Shown: positions 1 through 8,972 of the stretch, in pieces | Position numbering within the stretch: position 1 is the first letter of the stretch | Layout: every line of letters begins with the position of its first letter | Source: an uncultured Variovorax sp. | GTDB taxonomy: Bacteria > Pseudomonadota > Gammaproteobacteria > Burkholderiales > Burkholderiaceae_C | NCBI GenBank assembly: GCA_964242015.1 | Contig: CAXTCC010000001.1 | Location: forward strand, 4,781 to 68,780 | DNA length: 64,000 nt | Direction: 5' to 3' | The notes under the pieces: model-generated | The model's input: the letters and a program-made list of their open reading frames with translations, nothing else | What the model was told of the DNA's origin: nothing | The model's database searches: none | Translations under genes and position numbers: made by a program

Positions 1-184
1 GCGCCGGTGTCGGCGTAGCGCGATGGTGGCGCCAGCGTCATGATGACGCAACCGATAGCCGCGATCGCTGCTTGCGCGTCACTGCACCGGGAAATACCGG
101 AGCATCCGACAGCCCTGGCGGGTAATGGCCAGAACGCGCGCTGCGGCTTGATGCCCATGCAGGGGATTGGCGATCGGCACCACG

Positions 185-2074
185 TTACTCCACCGTCACG
201 CTCTTGGCCAGGTTGCGTGGCTTGTCGACATCGGTGCCGCGGGCGCAAGCGGTGTGATACGCGAGCAACTGAAGCGGCACGACATGCAATAGCGGCGACA
301 AGGCGCCGTAATGCTCCGGCATGCGAATCACGTGCAAGCCTTCGCTGTTCTCGATGCGCGTGTCGGCATCGGCCAGCACATAGAGCACGCCGCCGCGTGC
401 GCGCACTTCCTGCAGATTGCTCTTCAGCTTCTCGAGCAGTGCGTCGTTGGGTGCCACGGTCACGACGGGCATCTCGCTGGTCACGAGCGCGAGCGGGCCG
501 TGCTTGAGCTCTCCGGCGGCGTATGCCTCGGCGTGGATATAGGTCACTTCCTTCAGCTTCAGCGCGCCTTCGAGCGCGATGGGGTAATGCAGCCCGCGGC
601 CGAGAAACAGTGCGTTCTCCTTCCGCGCGAAATCTTCTGACCACGCGATGACCTGCGGTTCGAGCGCCAGCACCGACTGAAGTGCCACCGGCAGGTGCCG
701 CATCTCTTTCAAATAGCGCGCCTCGGCCTCGGCGGTGAGGCGGCCCTTGGCCTGTGCCAGCGCCAACGTGAGCAAAAACAGGCCCGCCAATTGCGTCGTG
801 AACGCCTTGGTCGACGCCACGCCGATCTCGATGCCGGCGCGCGTGATGTAGGCCAGCTTGCACTCGCGCACCATGGCGCTGGTCGCAACGTTGCATATCG
901 TCAGCGTCTGCTCCATGCCCAGGCTGCGCGCGTGCTTGAGCGCGGCGAGCGTGTCGGCGGTTTCGCCCGACTGCGTGATGGTGACGACCAGCGTCTTCGG
1001 ATCGGGCACCGAATCGCGGTAGCGATACTCGCTTGCGATCTCGACCTGGGTCGGAATCTTCGCGACACCTTCGAGCCAGTACTTGGCGGTGCAGCCGCTG
1101 TAGTAGCTGGTGCCGCAAGCGAGGATCAACACCTTGTCGATGTCCTTGAAAACACGGTGCGCGCTGGCACCGGTTTTTCCGTCGGAGCCGATGCCGTCGA
1201 ACAACTCGGGCACGATGCCTTCGACGCCTTCGAGCGTGTCGCCGATGGCACGCGGCTGCTCGAAGATTTCCTTCTGCATGTAGTGCCGGTAGGGACCGAG
1301 CTCGACCGCTCCGCTGTGCGCCAGCACCGTGCGCACCGGCCGTTTGTTCGGACCCACGCTCTTGTGCGAGCGATCGACGATCCAGTATTTGGCCGGCTGC
1401 AGATCGACCACGTCGCCCTCTTCGAGGTAGACGATCTGATCGGTCACGCCGGCCAGGGCCATCGCATCGCTGGCGAGGAAGTTCTCTTGCCCGTCTTTGC
1501 CGACGCCCAGGATCAGCGGCGACCCGGCGCGCGCACCGACCACGCGATGCGGCTCGTCGCGGCAGATCACGGCGATCGCATAAGCACCCTGCAGTTGCAA
1601 CACCGCCGCCTTGACCGCTTCGAACAGGTCGCCGTCATACAGGCTGTCGATCAGGTGCGCGATGACCTCGGTGTCGGTCTGGCTTGAAAAGAGGTAGCCG
1701 CGTGCCTGAAGCGCAGCCCGCAGCGCTTCGTGGTTCTCGATGATGCCGTTGTGCACGAGAGCGACGCGCGCAGGCTTCTGGCTGTCGGAGCCCTCGCCCG
1801 CGCCATGGCTGAAATGCGGGTGGGCGTTGTGCACGACCGGAGCGCCATGCGTTGCCCACCGGGTATGGGCGATGCCGGTCCGACCTTCCACATGGTCGTC
1901 GTGTACCTGCGTCAAAAGGTCTGCAACTCTCGACGTCGTTCGCGTGCGCGTCAGGCCTTTTGCGTGCACGGCCACACCACAAGAGTCGTAGCCGCGGTAT
2001 TCGAGCCGTTGCAGGCCCTGGACAAGGATGGGAACGATGTTGCGATGGGATGCCGCGCCGACGATGCCGCACAT
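185..2074 (-). CDS. glmS: Glutamine--fructose-6-phosphate aminotransferase (isomerizing)
   Basis: N-terminus MCGIVG (catalytic Cys, ATG at 2074), [29 protein letters not shown]-like [10 protein letters not shown]-terminal [11 protein letters not shown]. Confidence 0.98.
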   Translation of the reverse strand: MCGIVGAASHRNIVPILVQGLQRLEYRGYDSCGVAVHAKGLTRTRTTSRVADLLTQVHDDHVEGRTGIAHTRWATHGAPVVHNAHPHFSHGAGEGSDSQKPARVALVHNGIIENHEALRAALQARGYLFSSQTDTEVIAHLIDSLYDGDLFEAVKAAVLQLQGAYAIAVICRDEPHRVVGARAGSPLILGVGKDGQENFLASDAMALAGVTDQIVYLEEGDVVDLQPAKYWIVDRSHKSVGPNKRPVRTVLAHSGAVELGPYRHYMQKEIFEQPRAIGDTLEGVEGIVPELFDGIGSDGKTGASAHRVFKDIDKVLILACGTSYYSGCTAKYWLEGVAKIPTQVEIASEYRYRDSVPDPKTLVVTITQSGETADTLAALKHARSLGMEQTLTICNVATSAMVRECKLAYITRAGIEIGVASTKAFTTQLAGLFLLTLALAQAKGRLTAEAEARYLKEMRHLPVALQSVLALEPQVIAWSEDFARKENALFLGRGLHYPIALEGALKLKEVTYIHAEAYAAGELKHGPLALVTSEMPVVTVAPNDALLEKLKSNLQEVRARGGVLYVLADADTRIENSEGLHVIRMPEHYGALSPLLHVVPLQLLAYHTACARGTDVDKPRNLAKSVTVE

Positions 2075-2211
2075 AGAAAGCCCTAGAAGTGAAAAGTGAT
2101 CTGAGATCCTAGGGCGATGTCGTCGGCGTATGGTTCCGAAGCCGCACACGATATGAAATATTATTGCATCTGCGCATACCTTAGAACGTTTCTTCCATAA
2201 TTGGCCTCTAT

Positions 2212-2691
2212 ATGGAATTTCAGCTCGATGAAACCGATTTGCGTTTGTTGAATGCACTCCAGCATGACGCCGCGCAGACCAACCTGCAACTCGCTGCGGC
2301 TGCGCACATTTCGCCGCCCACGTGCTTGCGGCGCGTCCAGCGTCTGCGTGCGGCTGGATTCATCGAGCGGCAAATCGCCCTGCTATCGCCCGATCGGCTC
2401 GCCGCGGTATTTGGCCATGGGCTCCAGGCGGTGGTCGAAATTTCCCTCGATCGGCAAGGCAACGAGGCGCTCGATGCTTTCGAAGTGCGTGTCATCACGG
2501 ATGACGCCGTGCAGCAGTGCTACCGCGTATCGCCCGGACCTGATTTCGTGTTGATCGTCGCCGTGCGCGACATGCCCGGCTACCTGGCGTTGGCGCAGCG
2601 CCTCTTCTCGGCTGATGCCAACGTGCGCAACGTCAAGGCGTTTTTCAGCGTGAAGCGCGCGAAGTTCGAACCGAAGGTGCCGCTGACCTGA
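2212..2691 (+). CDS. Lrp/AsnC family transcriptional regulator
   Basis: [13 protein letters not shown]...[16 protein letters not shown] followed by a RAM-like domain; 159 aa; divergent from glmS. Confidence 0.93.
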   Translation: MEFQLDETDLRLLNALQHDAAQTNLQLAAAAHISPPTCLRRVQRLRAAGFIERQIALLSPDRLAAVFGHGLQAVVEISLDRQGNEALDAFEVRVITDDAVQQCYRVSPGPDFVLIVAVRDMPGYLALAQRLFSADANVRNVKAFFSVKRAKFEPKVPLT

Positions 2692-2692
2692 T

Positions 2693-4120
2693 TCAGTCTT
2701 TTGGCGCCTTCTTCGGCCGGGTCCAGTCGCCGAAACTTACCTGCCGTCCGCGCGAGACCGTCAGCGTATTGGGCTCCGTGGATTTGGTGACGGTCGATCC
2801 GCCACCGACTGTGCCCCCAGCACCGATGGTGATGGGGGCGACCAGCACGCAGTTGCTGCCGACGTGCACGTCGTCGCCGAGGATGGTCCGGTGCTTGTTG
2901 GCGCCGTCGTAATTGGCAGTGATGCTGCCGGCGCCGTAGTTGACGCGCTCTCCGACGGTCGCGTCGCCCAGGTAGGCCAGGTGGTTCGCCTTGGCACCGG
3001 CTGCCAGCGTCGAATTCTTCACCTCGACAAAATTGCCGATGTGCACGTCGGCGCCCAGCCGCGCACCCGGCCGCAAGCGCGCGAAGGGCCCGATCAGCGC
3101 GCCGGCACCTACGGTCACTCCCATCTTTTCGCCGTCGATGTGCGTGAAGGGGTGAATCACCGCGCCGGTGTCGATGCGCGCATTGGCGATCACGCAATTG
3201 GCTCCGACGCGCACGCCCGCGCCCAAAGACACCGCGCCTTCGAACACGCAGTTGACGTCGATCTCCACGTCGGCTTCGCAGAACAGCGTGCCGCGCAAAT
3301 CGAAGCGTGCCGGGTCTGCGAGCCGCACACCGGCTTCCATCAAGGTCGACGCTTGCCGCAGCTGCCAGGCACGCTCCAGTGCGGCCAGCTGCGTCGGGCT
3401 GTTGACGCCCGCCACCTGCAACGCGTCGGTCGTCAACTGCGCCAGCACCGGTACGCCGTCGATGGCGGCCAGCTTCACGATGTCGGTCAGATAGAACTCG
3501 CCCTGCGCGTTGCGGTTGTCCAGGCGCGCCAGCCAGTCCTTGAGGAGCCTGGCCGGCACCGCCATGACGCCGCTGTACACCTCGCGAATGGCCCGTTGTT
3601 CTTCGTCGGCGTCCTTGTGTTCGATGATCGATTGCACCGACTCGCCGTCGATGTCGCGCACGATGCGGCCGTAGCCGGTCGGGTCGTCGAATTCGATCGT
3701 CAGCAGCGCGAGCCGACGGCCGGCACTGGTTTCAAGCAAGGCCCGCAAGGTGTCGGCGCCGATCAGCGGGACGTCACCCGACAACACGAGCACCGTGCCG
3801 TCGTCGGGCAACACCGGCATGGCCTGCTGCACGGCATGCCCGGTGCCGAGCTGTGGCACTTGGCGCACGAACTGCAGCGGCACCGCCGCATCGCTGACGC
3901 CGATGGCCTGCTCCACCTCGGCCGCACCGTGCCCTGTCACGACCACCACGTTGCGCGCGCCGATGCGTGCGGCCGTCTGGATGACATGCGAGAGCAGCGC
4001 GCGCCCACCCAGACGGTGCAACACTTTGGGCAAACTGCTCTTCATGCGCGTGCCGCGGCCGGCCGCCATCACGACGACGTCGACCGGCTCGTCGATCTCT
4101 TGTTGCGGAATCTGATTCAT
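2693..4120 (-). CDS. glmU: Bifunctional UDP-GlcNAc pyrophosphorylase / GlcN-1-P acetyltransferase
   Basis: MAAGRGTRMKS..PKVLH, QLGTGHA, GYGRIVR, hexapeptide repeats, NYDGANKH; start chosen at ATG 4120. Confidence 0.97.
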   Translation of the reverse strand: MNQIPQQEIDEPVDVVVMAAGRGTRMKSSLPKVLHRLGGRALLSHVIQTAARIGARNVVVVTGHGAAEVEQAIGVSDAAVPLQFVRQVPQLGTGHAVQQAMPVLPDDGTVLVLSGDVPLIGADTLRALLETSAGRRLALLTIEFDDPTGYGRIVRDIDGESVQSIIEHKDADEEQRAIREVYSGVMAVPARLLKDWLARLDNRNAQGEFYLTDIVKLAAIDGVPVLAQLTTDALQVAGVNSPTQLAALERAWQLRQASTLMEAGVRLADPARFDLRGTLFCEADVEIDVNCVFEGAVSLGAGVRVGANCVIANARIDTGAVIHPFTHIDGEKMGVTVGAGALIGPFARLRPGARLGADVHIGNFVEVKNSTLAAGAKANHLAYLGDATVGERVNYGAGSITANYDGANKHRTILGDDVHVGSNCVLVAPITIGAGGTVGGGSTVTKSTEPNTLTVSRGRQVSFGDWTRPKKAPKD

Positions 4121-5003
4121 GCGTCTTTTTTCCCGAATGCGTTGGCCCCGGCTGGCCGGAATTATCGCGGCGCTGGCGCTGGGCGCCGCAGTGACCGGTT
4201 GCAGTGCCATCAAGCTCGCCTACAACAACCTACCCGAGGTGGCTTATTGGTGGCTCGATGGCTATGTCGACTTCAGCGGAGCGCAGACGCCCAAGGCAAA
4301 AGACGACCTCACGGCGCTGCTGGCCTGGCATCGCGAAGCCGAGCTGCCGAAGATCATCGCCGTGTTGCAAAAGGCGGAGGCGCTGGCGCCCAACGACATC
4401 ACCCCGGCCCAGGCTTGCGAGCTGGTGAGCGATATCCGCACGCGGTTGCTGGCCGCGGCCGAGCGGGCGGAGCCGCCGGGCGCAGCACTCGCCGTCACCC
4501 TGAGCGAGGCGCAGTTGCAGACTCTCGAGCGCAAATATGCCAAGAACGACGCCGAGTACGTCAAGGACTGGGTCGACCGCACCCCGACGCAGCAGCAGGA
4601 AAAGCGCTACGACAAGTTCCTGGAGCAGAACGAAGACTTCTATGGGCGCCTCGACAACGACCAGCGCGATCTCCTGAAACAACTCACCGCGCAGTCGATG
4701 TTCGATGCCAAACGGGTCGACGCCGAGCGCCGCAAGCGCCAGCAGGAAGCGCTGGCGCTGCTGCGAAAGTTCAATGTCGAGCATACGTCTGCCGCAGACG
4801 CGCAACCCCTCATCCACGGTTATGTGCAACGCATCGCCGATCCGCGGCCGGGCGCTTGGCGCGATTACCAGCAAGGCATGCTCGAGGAGGGCTGCCGGTA
4901 CGTGGCGACGCTGCACAACGCCACGCGCCCGGAGCAGCGCCAGAAGGCTGTGCAGCGGCTGCGGGCCTACGAAATCGATCTGCGCGACCTGGCTGCGAAA
5001 TAG
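4119..5003 (+). CDS. Putative lipoprotein (DUF6279-like)
   Basis: Signal peptide with lipobox AVTGC, then KLAYNNL..W.LD.Y.D; helical body. The start could be ATG 4137 instead. Confidence 0.75.
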   Translation: MRLFSRMRWPRLAGIIAALALGAAVTGCSAIKLAYNNLPEVAYWWLDGYVDFSGAQTPKAKDDLTALLAWHREAELPKIIAVLQKAEALAPNDITPAQACELVSDIRTRLLAAAERAEPPGAALAVTLSEAQLQTLERKYAKNDAEYVKDWVDRTPTQQQEKRYDKFLEQNEDFYGRLDNDQRDLLKQLTAQSMFDAKRVDAERRKRQQEALALLRKFNVEHTSAADAQPLIHGYVQRIADPRPGAWRDYQQGMLEEGCRYVATLHNATRPEQRQKAVQRLRAYEIDLRDLAAK

Positions 5004-5038
5004 CCTAGCCAGCCTAGCCGTGTGGGTGTGCCCGAATG

Positions 5039-5809
5039 CTAGATCAGCGGGGTCGGCAACATCGGGCGCTCGAAATAGTCGCCCAGCGTTTCAAGCGCCA
5101 GCGGATCGATGATGCGCAGACGGCCGTCTTCCAGCACATGCAGACCGAGTCGGCTCAGGCGTCGCAACGTCTTGTTGGTGTGCACCAGCGAGAGCCCCAG
5201 CGCATCCGCGATGTGCTGCTGGCTGATCGGAAATTCAATCGATCCGTTTTGCTCCATGCCGACGCGTTGAGCACGTCGATACAAATGCATGAGCAGCATC
5301 GCGACCCGCTCGCCGGCGTTGCGCCGCCCGGCAGTGACGAGGTTGTCATCGACCATCTTTTCTTCGCGTGCCGCCAGCCAGGTGATGTCGTAGCCCAGCC
5401 GCGGCTGAGCGGCAAAGAGATCCCAAAGCCGATCGCGCCCGAACACGCACATCGTCACACCGGTCAAGGCTTCCACGCCGTGCGTTTGACCATCCGCGAA
5501 CTCATCCTGCAAGCCGATGAAGTCACCTGGCACCAGGAAGTTGAGGATTTGCCGGCGGCCATCGCTCAGCGTCTTGAAGCGAAAGGCCCAGCCTGAATAC
5601 AGCGTGAACAGCTGGCGCCCTCGTTGGTGCTCTTCGAGGATCGGGCGCCCCGGGTCGACTGCGCGCACGCTCTCCCGAAAGTTCTCGATGGTGCGGAGTT
5701 CATCGAACGGCAACGGAACGAACGCCGCGCTGCTGCGCAGCACGCATTTCTCGCACGGACGCGGCGCGCGTGGAGGCGACACGGGGCTGGAAAGTTCCTC
5801 GAATTTCAC
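5039..5809 (-). CDS. Crp/Fnr family transcriptional regulator
   Basis: cNMP-binding fold (DGRRQILNFLVPGDFIG) and C-terminal HTH (SQQHIADALGLSLVHTNKTL); N-terminal CEKC. Confidence 0.92.
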   Translation of the reverse strand: MKFEELSSPVSPPRAPRPCEKCVLRSSAAFVPLPFDELRTIENFRESVRAVDPGRPILEEHQRGRQLFTLYSGWAFRFKTLSDGRRQILNFLVPGDFIGLQDEFADGQTHGVEALTGVTMCVFGRDRLWDLFAAQPRLGYDITWLAAREEKMVDDNLVTAGRRNAGERVAMLLMHLYRRAQRVGMEQNGSIEFPISQQHIADALGLSLVHTNKTLRRLSRLGLHVLEDGRLRIIDPLALETLGDYFERPMLPTPLI

Positions 5810-5899
5810 GACCGCACTATAGGCGAGCCCTGCGTGTCTTTTTACATTTCGGGATCGGAAGGACGACCCTACACTGCGGCCGCTTCAACTTCGAACCCG

Positions 5900-6295
5900 A
5901 TGACTCGACTCCACGAAATCTTGTATTGCAGCGTGCTTGCGCCCGACCTGGAGCCCGACGTGGTCGGCAAAATCGTGGGGCAAGCGCGGGCTCGAAATGC
6001 GGCACGCGAGATCAGCGGCCTCCTTGTCTTCGATGGTCAGCGGTTCTGCCAGCACATCGAAGGGCCCCAGCGGGAATTGCTCAGCCTGATGAACGCCATC
6101 GGCGAAGACCGACGCCACACTGACATACGGGTCGTCTACGAGGGCACGCTGGACGCGCGGCGCTACCAGCGATTCGACATGGGCTACGCAGACATCGAAG
6201 GTCCGAACACGCTGTCTACCATGCAGTCGCTCGACGGTGCGGAGGCACTGGCGCATTTTCTGGCGCTGCGCCCCCGCTTCGATATCAACAGTTGA
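5900..6295 (+). CDS. Stand-alone BLUF (blue-light FAD) domain protein
   Basis: ILYCS, ARARN..ISGLL, FCQHIEG, D.RH, FDMG: the photoactive Tyr/Gln/Met residues are present; ATG at 5900. Confidence 0.9.
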   Translation: MTRLHEILYCSVLAPDLEPDVVGKIVGQARARNAAREISGLLVFDGQRFCQHIEGPQRELLSLMNAIGEDRRHTDIRVVYEGTLDARRYQRFDMGYADIEGPNTLSTMQSLDGAEALAHFLALRPRFDINS

Positions 6296-6299
6296 AGCT

Positions 6300-6629
6300 T
6301 CAGCCCGCCAGCGTCGTGGCGGCGTCCCAGGTGTACGTTGCGCCGAAGCCGTCCCACGGCTCCATCACGATGCGTTGACCGGCCAGGACCGTCATCGATT
6401 CGCCGGGAGCGAGCACGACGTCCTCGCTGCCCCACTTGTCGGTGGCGTCGCGTGTGACCCAGACCCGTCCCTGCCGGACGCGCAGCACGCTGGTGCTGGC
6501 GGCTTTGAGGCTGGCCGCCTGACCGACGGGAAGCTGCCATGCACCGCGGCGCACAGCCGGCGGAACTGCAGCGGCCCGAGCCGGCAGCGACAGGGGCGAA
6601 AGCGAAGACGTGGTGTAAGTGGCAGACAT
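6300..6629 (-). CDS. DUF2917-type small cupin-like protein
   Basis: LRVRQGRVWVT..D....EDVVLAPGES motif; GGAG RBS before ATG 6629; divergent from a LysR gene. Confidence 0.8.
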   Translation of the reverse strand: MSATYTTSSLSPLSLPARAAAVPPAVRRGAWQLPVGQAASLKAASTSVLRVRQGRVWVTRDATDKWGSEDVVLAPGESMTVLAGQRIVMEPWDGFGATYTWDAATTLAG

Positions 6630-6736
6630 GGTGTTCTCCTGAACTGTTTGCCGAAGCGCCTTGACATCAATAGCGCGATTCGGGAATGAATGATCTCCCT
6701 TGCCCGGTTGGCGGTCCAATGAAAACGCGGTAGCCT

Positions 6737-6759
6737 ATTGATTCCGTTTTCGCATCAAT
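6737..6759. promoter_or_regulatory. Inverted repeat ATTGAT-N11-ATCAAT, probable LysR operator
   Basis: Dyad 4 bp upstream of the LysR ATG in a divergent intergenic region; contains T-N11-A. Confidence 0.55.
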
Positions 6760-6763
6760 CGAT

Positions 6764-7747
6764 ATGCAGCACTCCCAGACCCATCTGCGCTCGCGACCGA
6801 TTTCCGCGGGCAATCTGCGTGCTTTCGAGGCCGTGGCGCGGCATTTGAACTTCCGTGCTGCGGCGGAGGAGATGGCGCTGACGCAATCAGCGGTGAGCCG
6901 GCAGATTCAGGCGCTGGAGGAAGAAGTGGGCGTGAGCCTGTTCTTGCGTCACACGCGCGCTGTCGAACTCACGAGCGCCGGTGCCCAGCTGCTGCTGTCG
7001 GTCCAGCAGTCGCTGCCGCGCATCGACGGTGCGGTGCGGCAGATTCGTCAGAGCGCAGGCCGCAAGAGCGTCTCGCTCACGACCTTCGCGTCGTTCGCCT
7101 CGATGTGGCTCATCCCGCGGCTGGAGGCGTTTCAGAGGGACCACCCCGACATCGACATTCGCATCGACGCCAGCGACACCGCGGTCGACCTCGAAGTGGC
7201 CGACGTCGACATGGCCCTGCGCTACGGCACCGGTGCCCACATGCCGGCGGGTGCGATTCGGCTCTTCGGCGAAACGCTGACACCGGTCGCGAGCCCGTGG
7301 CTCATCAAGAGTGGTGCGCCGATCAAGACGCCGGCAGACATCGCGCGCTTCGCACTGATCGAAGCCGGCGACGCGCACCGCACCCACCTCGAGTGGCTGA
7401 CCTGGCGCCGCTGGTTCGAAGTGCACGGGCTCGACCGCGCGCAGCCCAAGCGCTGGCTGTACTTCAACTACGCCTACCAGATGGTGCAGGCCGCGCTGAC
7501 CGGCCAGGGGCTGGTGCTCGCACGCAGCTCGCTCATCTCCGAGAGCCTGGCGAACGGCGACCTGGTCGAAGTGCTGCCGCAACACCGCATGGATTCGCCG
7601 ATGGCGTACTGGCTCATCGTCGGGCCGCGCAACGCGATGCGGCCGGAGATCAAGGCGTTTTGCGAGTGGCTCGAGTCGCAGGCCGCGACGACGCGTGGCG
7701 TGATCGGTGAAGTGCCGGACCCGGACACCGTCGACCATCTGGACTAG
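6764..7747 (+). CDS. LysR family regulator (GcvA-like)
   Basis: LRAFEAVARHLNF..AA.E..LTQSAVSRQI..LE HTH; SFASMWLIPRL substrate-binding domain. Confidence 0.95.
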   Translation: MQHSQTHLRSRPISAGNLRAFEAVARHLNFRAAAEEMALTQSAVSRQIQALEEEVGVSLFLRHTRAVELTSAGAQLLLSVQQSLPRIDGAVRQIRQSAGRKSVSLTTFASFASMWLIPRLEAFQRDHPDIDIRIDASDTAVDLEVADVDMALRYGTGAHMPAGAIRLFGETLTPVASPWLIKSGAPIKTPADIARFALIEAGDAHRTHLEWLTWRRWFEVHGLDRAQPKRWLYFNYAYQMVQAALTGQGLVLARSSLISESLANGDLVEVLPQHRMDSPMAYWLIVGPRNAMRPEIKAFCEWLESQAATTRGVIGEVPDPDTVDHLD

Positions 7748-7870
7748 TTCGAAAGCCCTGTCCGTGAACGACTGACCCGCCCTTGGAGAGAGGCCTTTTC
7801 GGCTACTCGCGCGCTAGTCTTGACCGCTGTTTCCGTTCCCTCTGGCTCGGTCAAAACATGAAGGACGTCC

Positions 7871-8293
7871 ATGAAGCTCTCTTCTCGTGCATTACCCCGT
7901 CGCACAGCACCGACTGTCGCGGCTGTTGTCCTTGGAATGCTCAGCGTGGCCGCTCAGGCACAGACCTGGGAGTACAAGTCATACAAGAAAAAGAATGGTG
8001 TCTTCGACAAGGAACGCTTCAACATCGGCGAGGTAACGCTGGAACAAAAAGATGGCAAGGCTTACTGGCACATGGTCGCCGGCGGCACCGATGCATGCCT
8101 GCGCGGCGACATTCCGGCCACGGTGACCAAGACGGACGCCACCACCACGGTCGAACTTCAGCCGGCCATGGCAGGCTGCGAACAGATTCGCTACGTCATC
8201 AAGAACGACGGCAGCGGTGGCGATCGCGAGGTCAAGCAAAGCGAGAAATGGGTCCGCGACCCGTGGGACCACGGGTTGACGCTCAAGAAGTAG
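7871..8293 (+). CDS. Secreted hypothetical protein
   Basis: Sec signal ending AQAQ; AAGGA RBS; beta-rich 140 aa with two Cys. Confidence 0.75.
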   Translation: MKLSSRALPRRTAPTVAAVVLGMLSVAAQAQTWEYKSYKKKNGVFDKERFNIGEVTLEQKDGKAYWHMVAGGTDACLRGDIPATVTKTDATTTVELQPAMAGCEQIRYVIKNDGSGGDREVKQSEKWVRDPWDHGLTLKK

Positions 8294-8333
8294 CTGCCTG
8301 TTCGGCCTGCAGCGGCAGGCCTCCGATCGACGC

Positions 8334-8963
8334 TCAGCCTATCGGCCAGACCACGCCGTTGTCGTTCAGGATGGCGTCGAGCGGCACATCGTGTGCCTCG
8401 GGCTCCAGGTCGTCCAGAAAGCCCTGCGTGAAGCCGAGCCCGACGGTGAACGGCTTGGGCTGCAGCGTCGCCAGCGTGCGGTCGTAAAAGCCGCCCCCGT
8501 AGCCCAACCGGTAGCCACCCGCGCTGTAGCCGAGGCACGGCACGAAGAGCAGCGTCGGCACGATCATCTCGGTGTCTTTGGGCTTGGGGATGTCGTAGGC
8601 ATCGTTTTCCATCGGGCAACCGGGGTACCACGAGTGGAAGGTCAGCGTCTTGTGCACGCGGTCGACCACCGGCAGGCCGATGCGTCGGCGATGCGGCTCG
8701 TCGAGCAGTTCGCCATCTTCTTTCCAGCGATGCAGGGCGGGCAACGGGTCGAACTCACCCTTGATCGGCCAGTAGGCGCCGATGACGGTGTCGGGCCGTC
8801 CGACCAGCCAGATGCGCATCACGCGCTGCAAAAGATCGGCACGCTGTAGCCGATCGGGCAAGGCCAGGCGTTGTTCGATCAAGGCTGCGCGCAACTGCGC
8901 TTTGAGAAATGCAGCCGTTTCCGACCGGTTTTCTCCGGCGTTTCCATCGTGTGCTTTGTCCAT
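8334..8963 (-). CDS. 5-formyltetrahydrofolate cyclo-ligase
   Basis: YWPIKGEFD, LPVV, VPCLGY...GYRLGYGGGFYDRTL, HDVPLD. Confidence 0.95.
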   Translation of the reverse strand: MDKAHDGNAGENRSETAAFLKAQLRAALIEQRLALPDRLQRADLLQRVMRIWLVGRPDTVIGAYWPIKGEFDPLPALHRWKEDGELLDEPHRRRIGLPVVDRVHKTLTFHSWYPGCPMENDAYDIPKPKDTEMIVPTLLFVPCLGYSAGGYRLGYGGGFYDRTLATLQPKPFTVGLGFTQGFLDDLEPEAHDVPLDAILNDNGVVWPIG

Positions 8964-8972
8964 AATCCCGCT

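Noticed and set aside
1-184. Possible 5' end of a minus-strand gene (ATG at 158 or 41) and the + strand ORF 40-507
   Set aside because: Truncated by the window edge with no motif; the + ORF overlaps glmS antisense
2075-2211. glmS ribozyme or GlmZ-type site upstream of glmS
   Set aside because: Short AT-rich divergent promoter region with no recognisable ribozyme core or structure
6737-6759. FNR box (TTGAT...ATCAA)
   Set aside because: Spacer is 11 bp rather than 4; better explained as a LysR site
8964-8972. 6S RNA, which often precedes the 5-formyl-THF cyclo-ligase gene
   Set aside because: Only 9 bp separate this gene from the divergent slt start; there is no room
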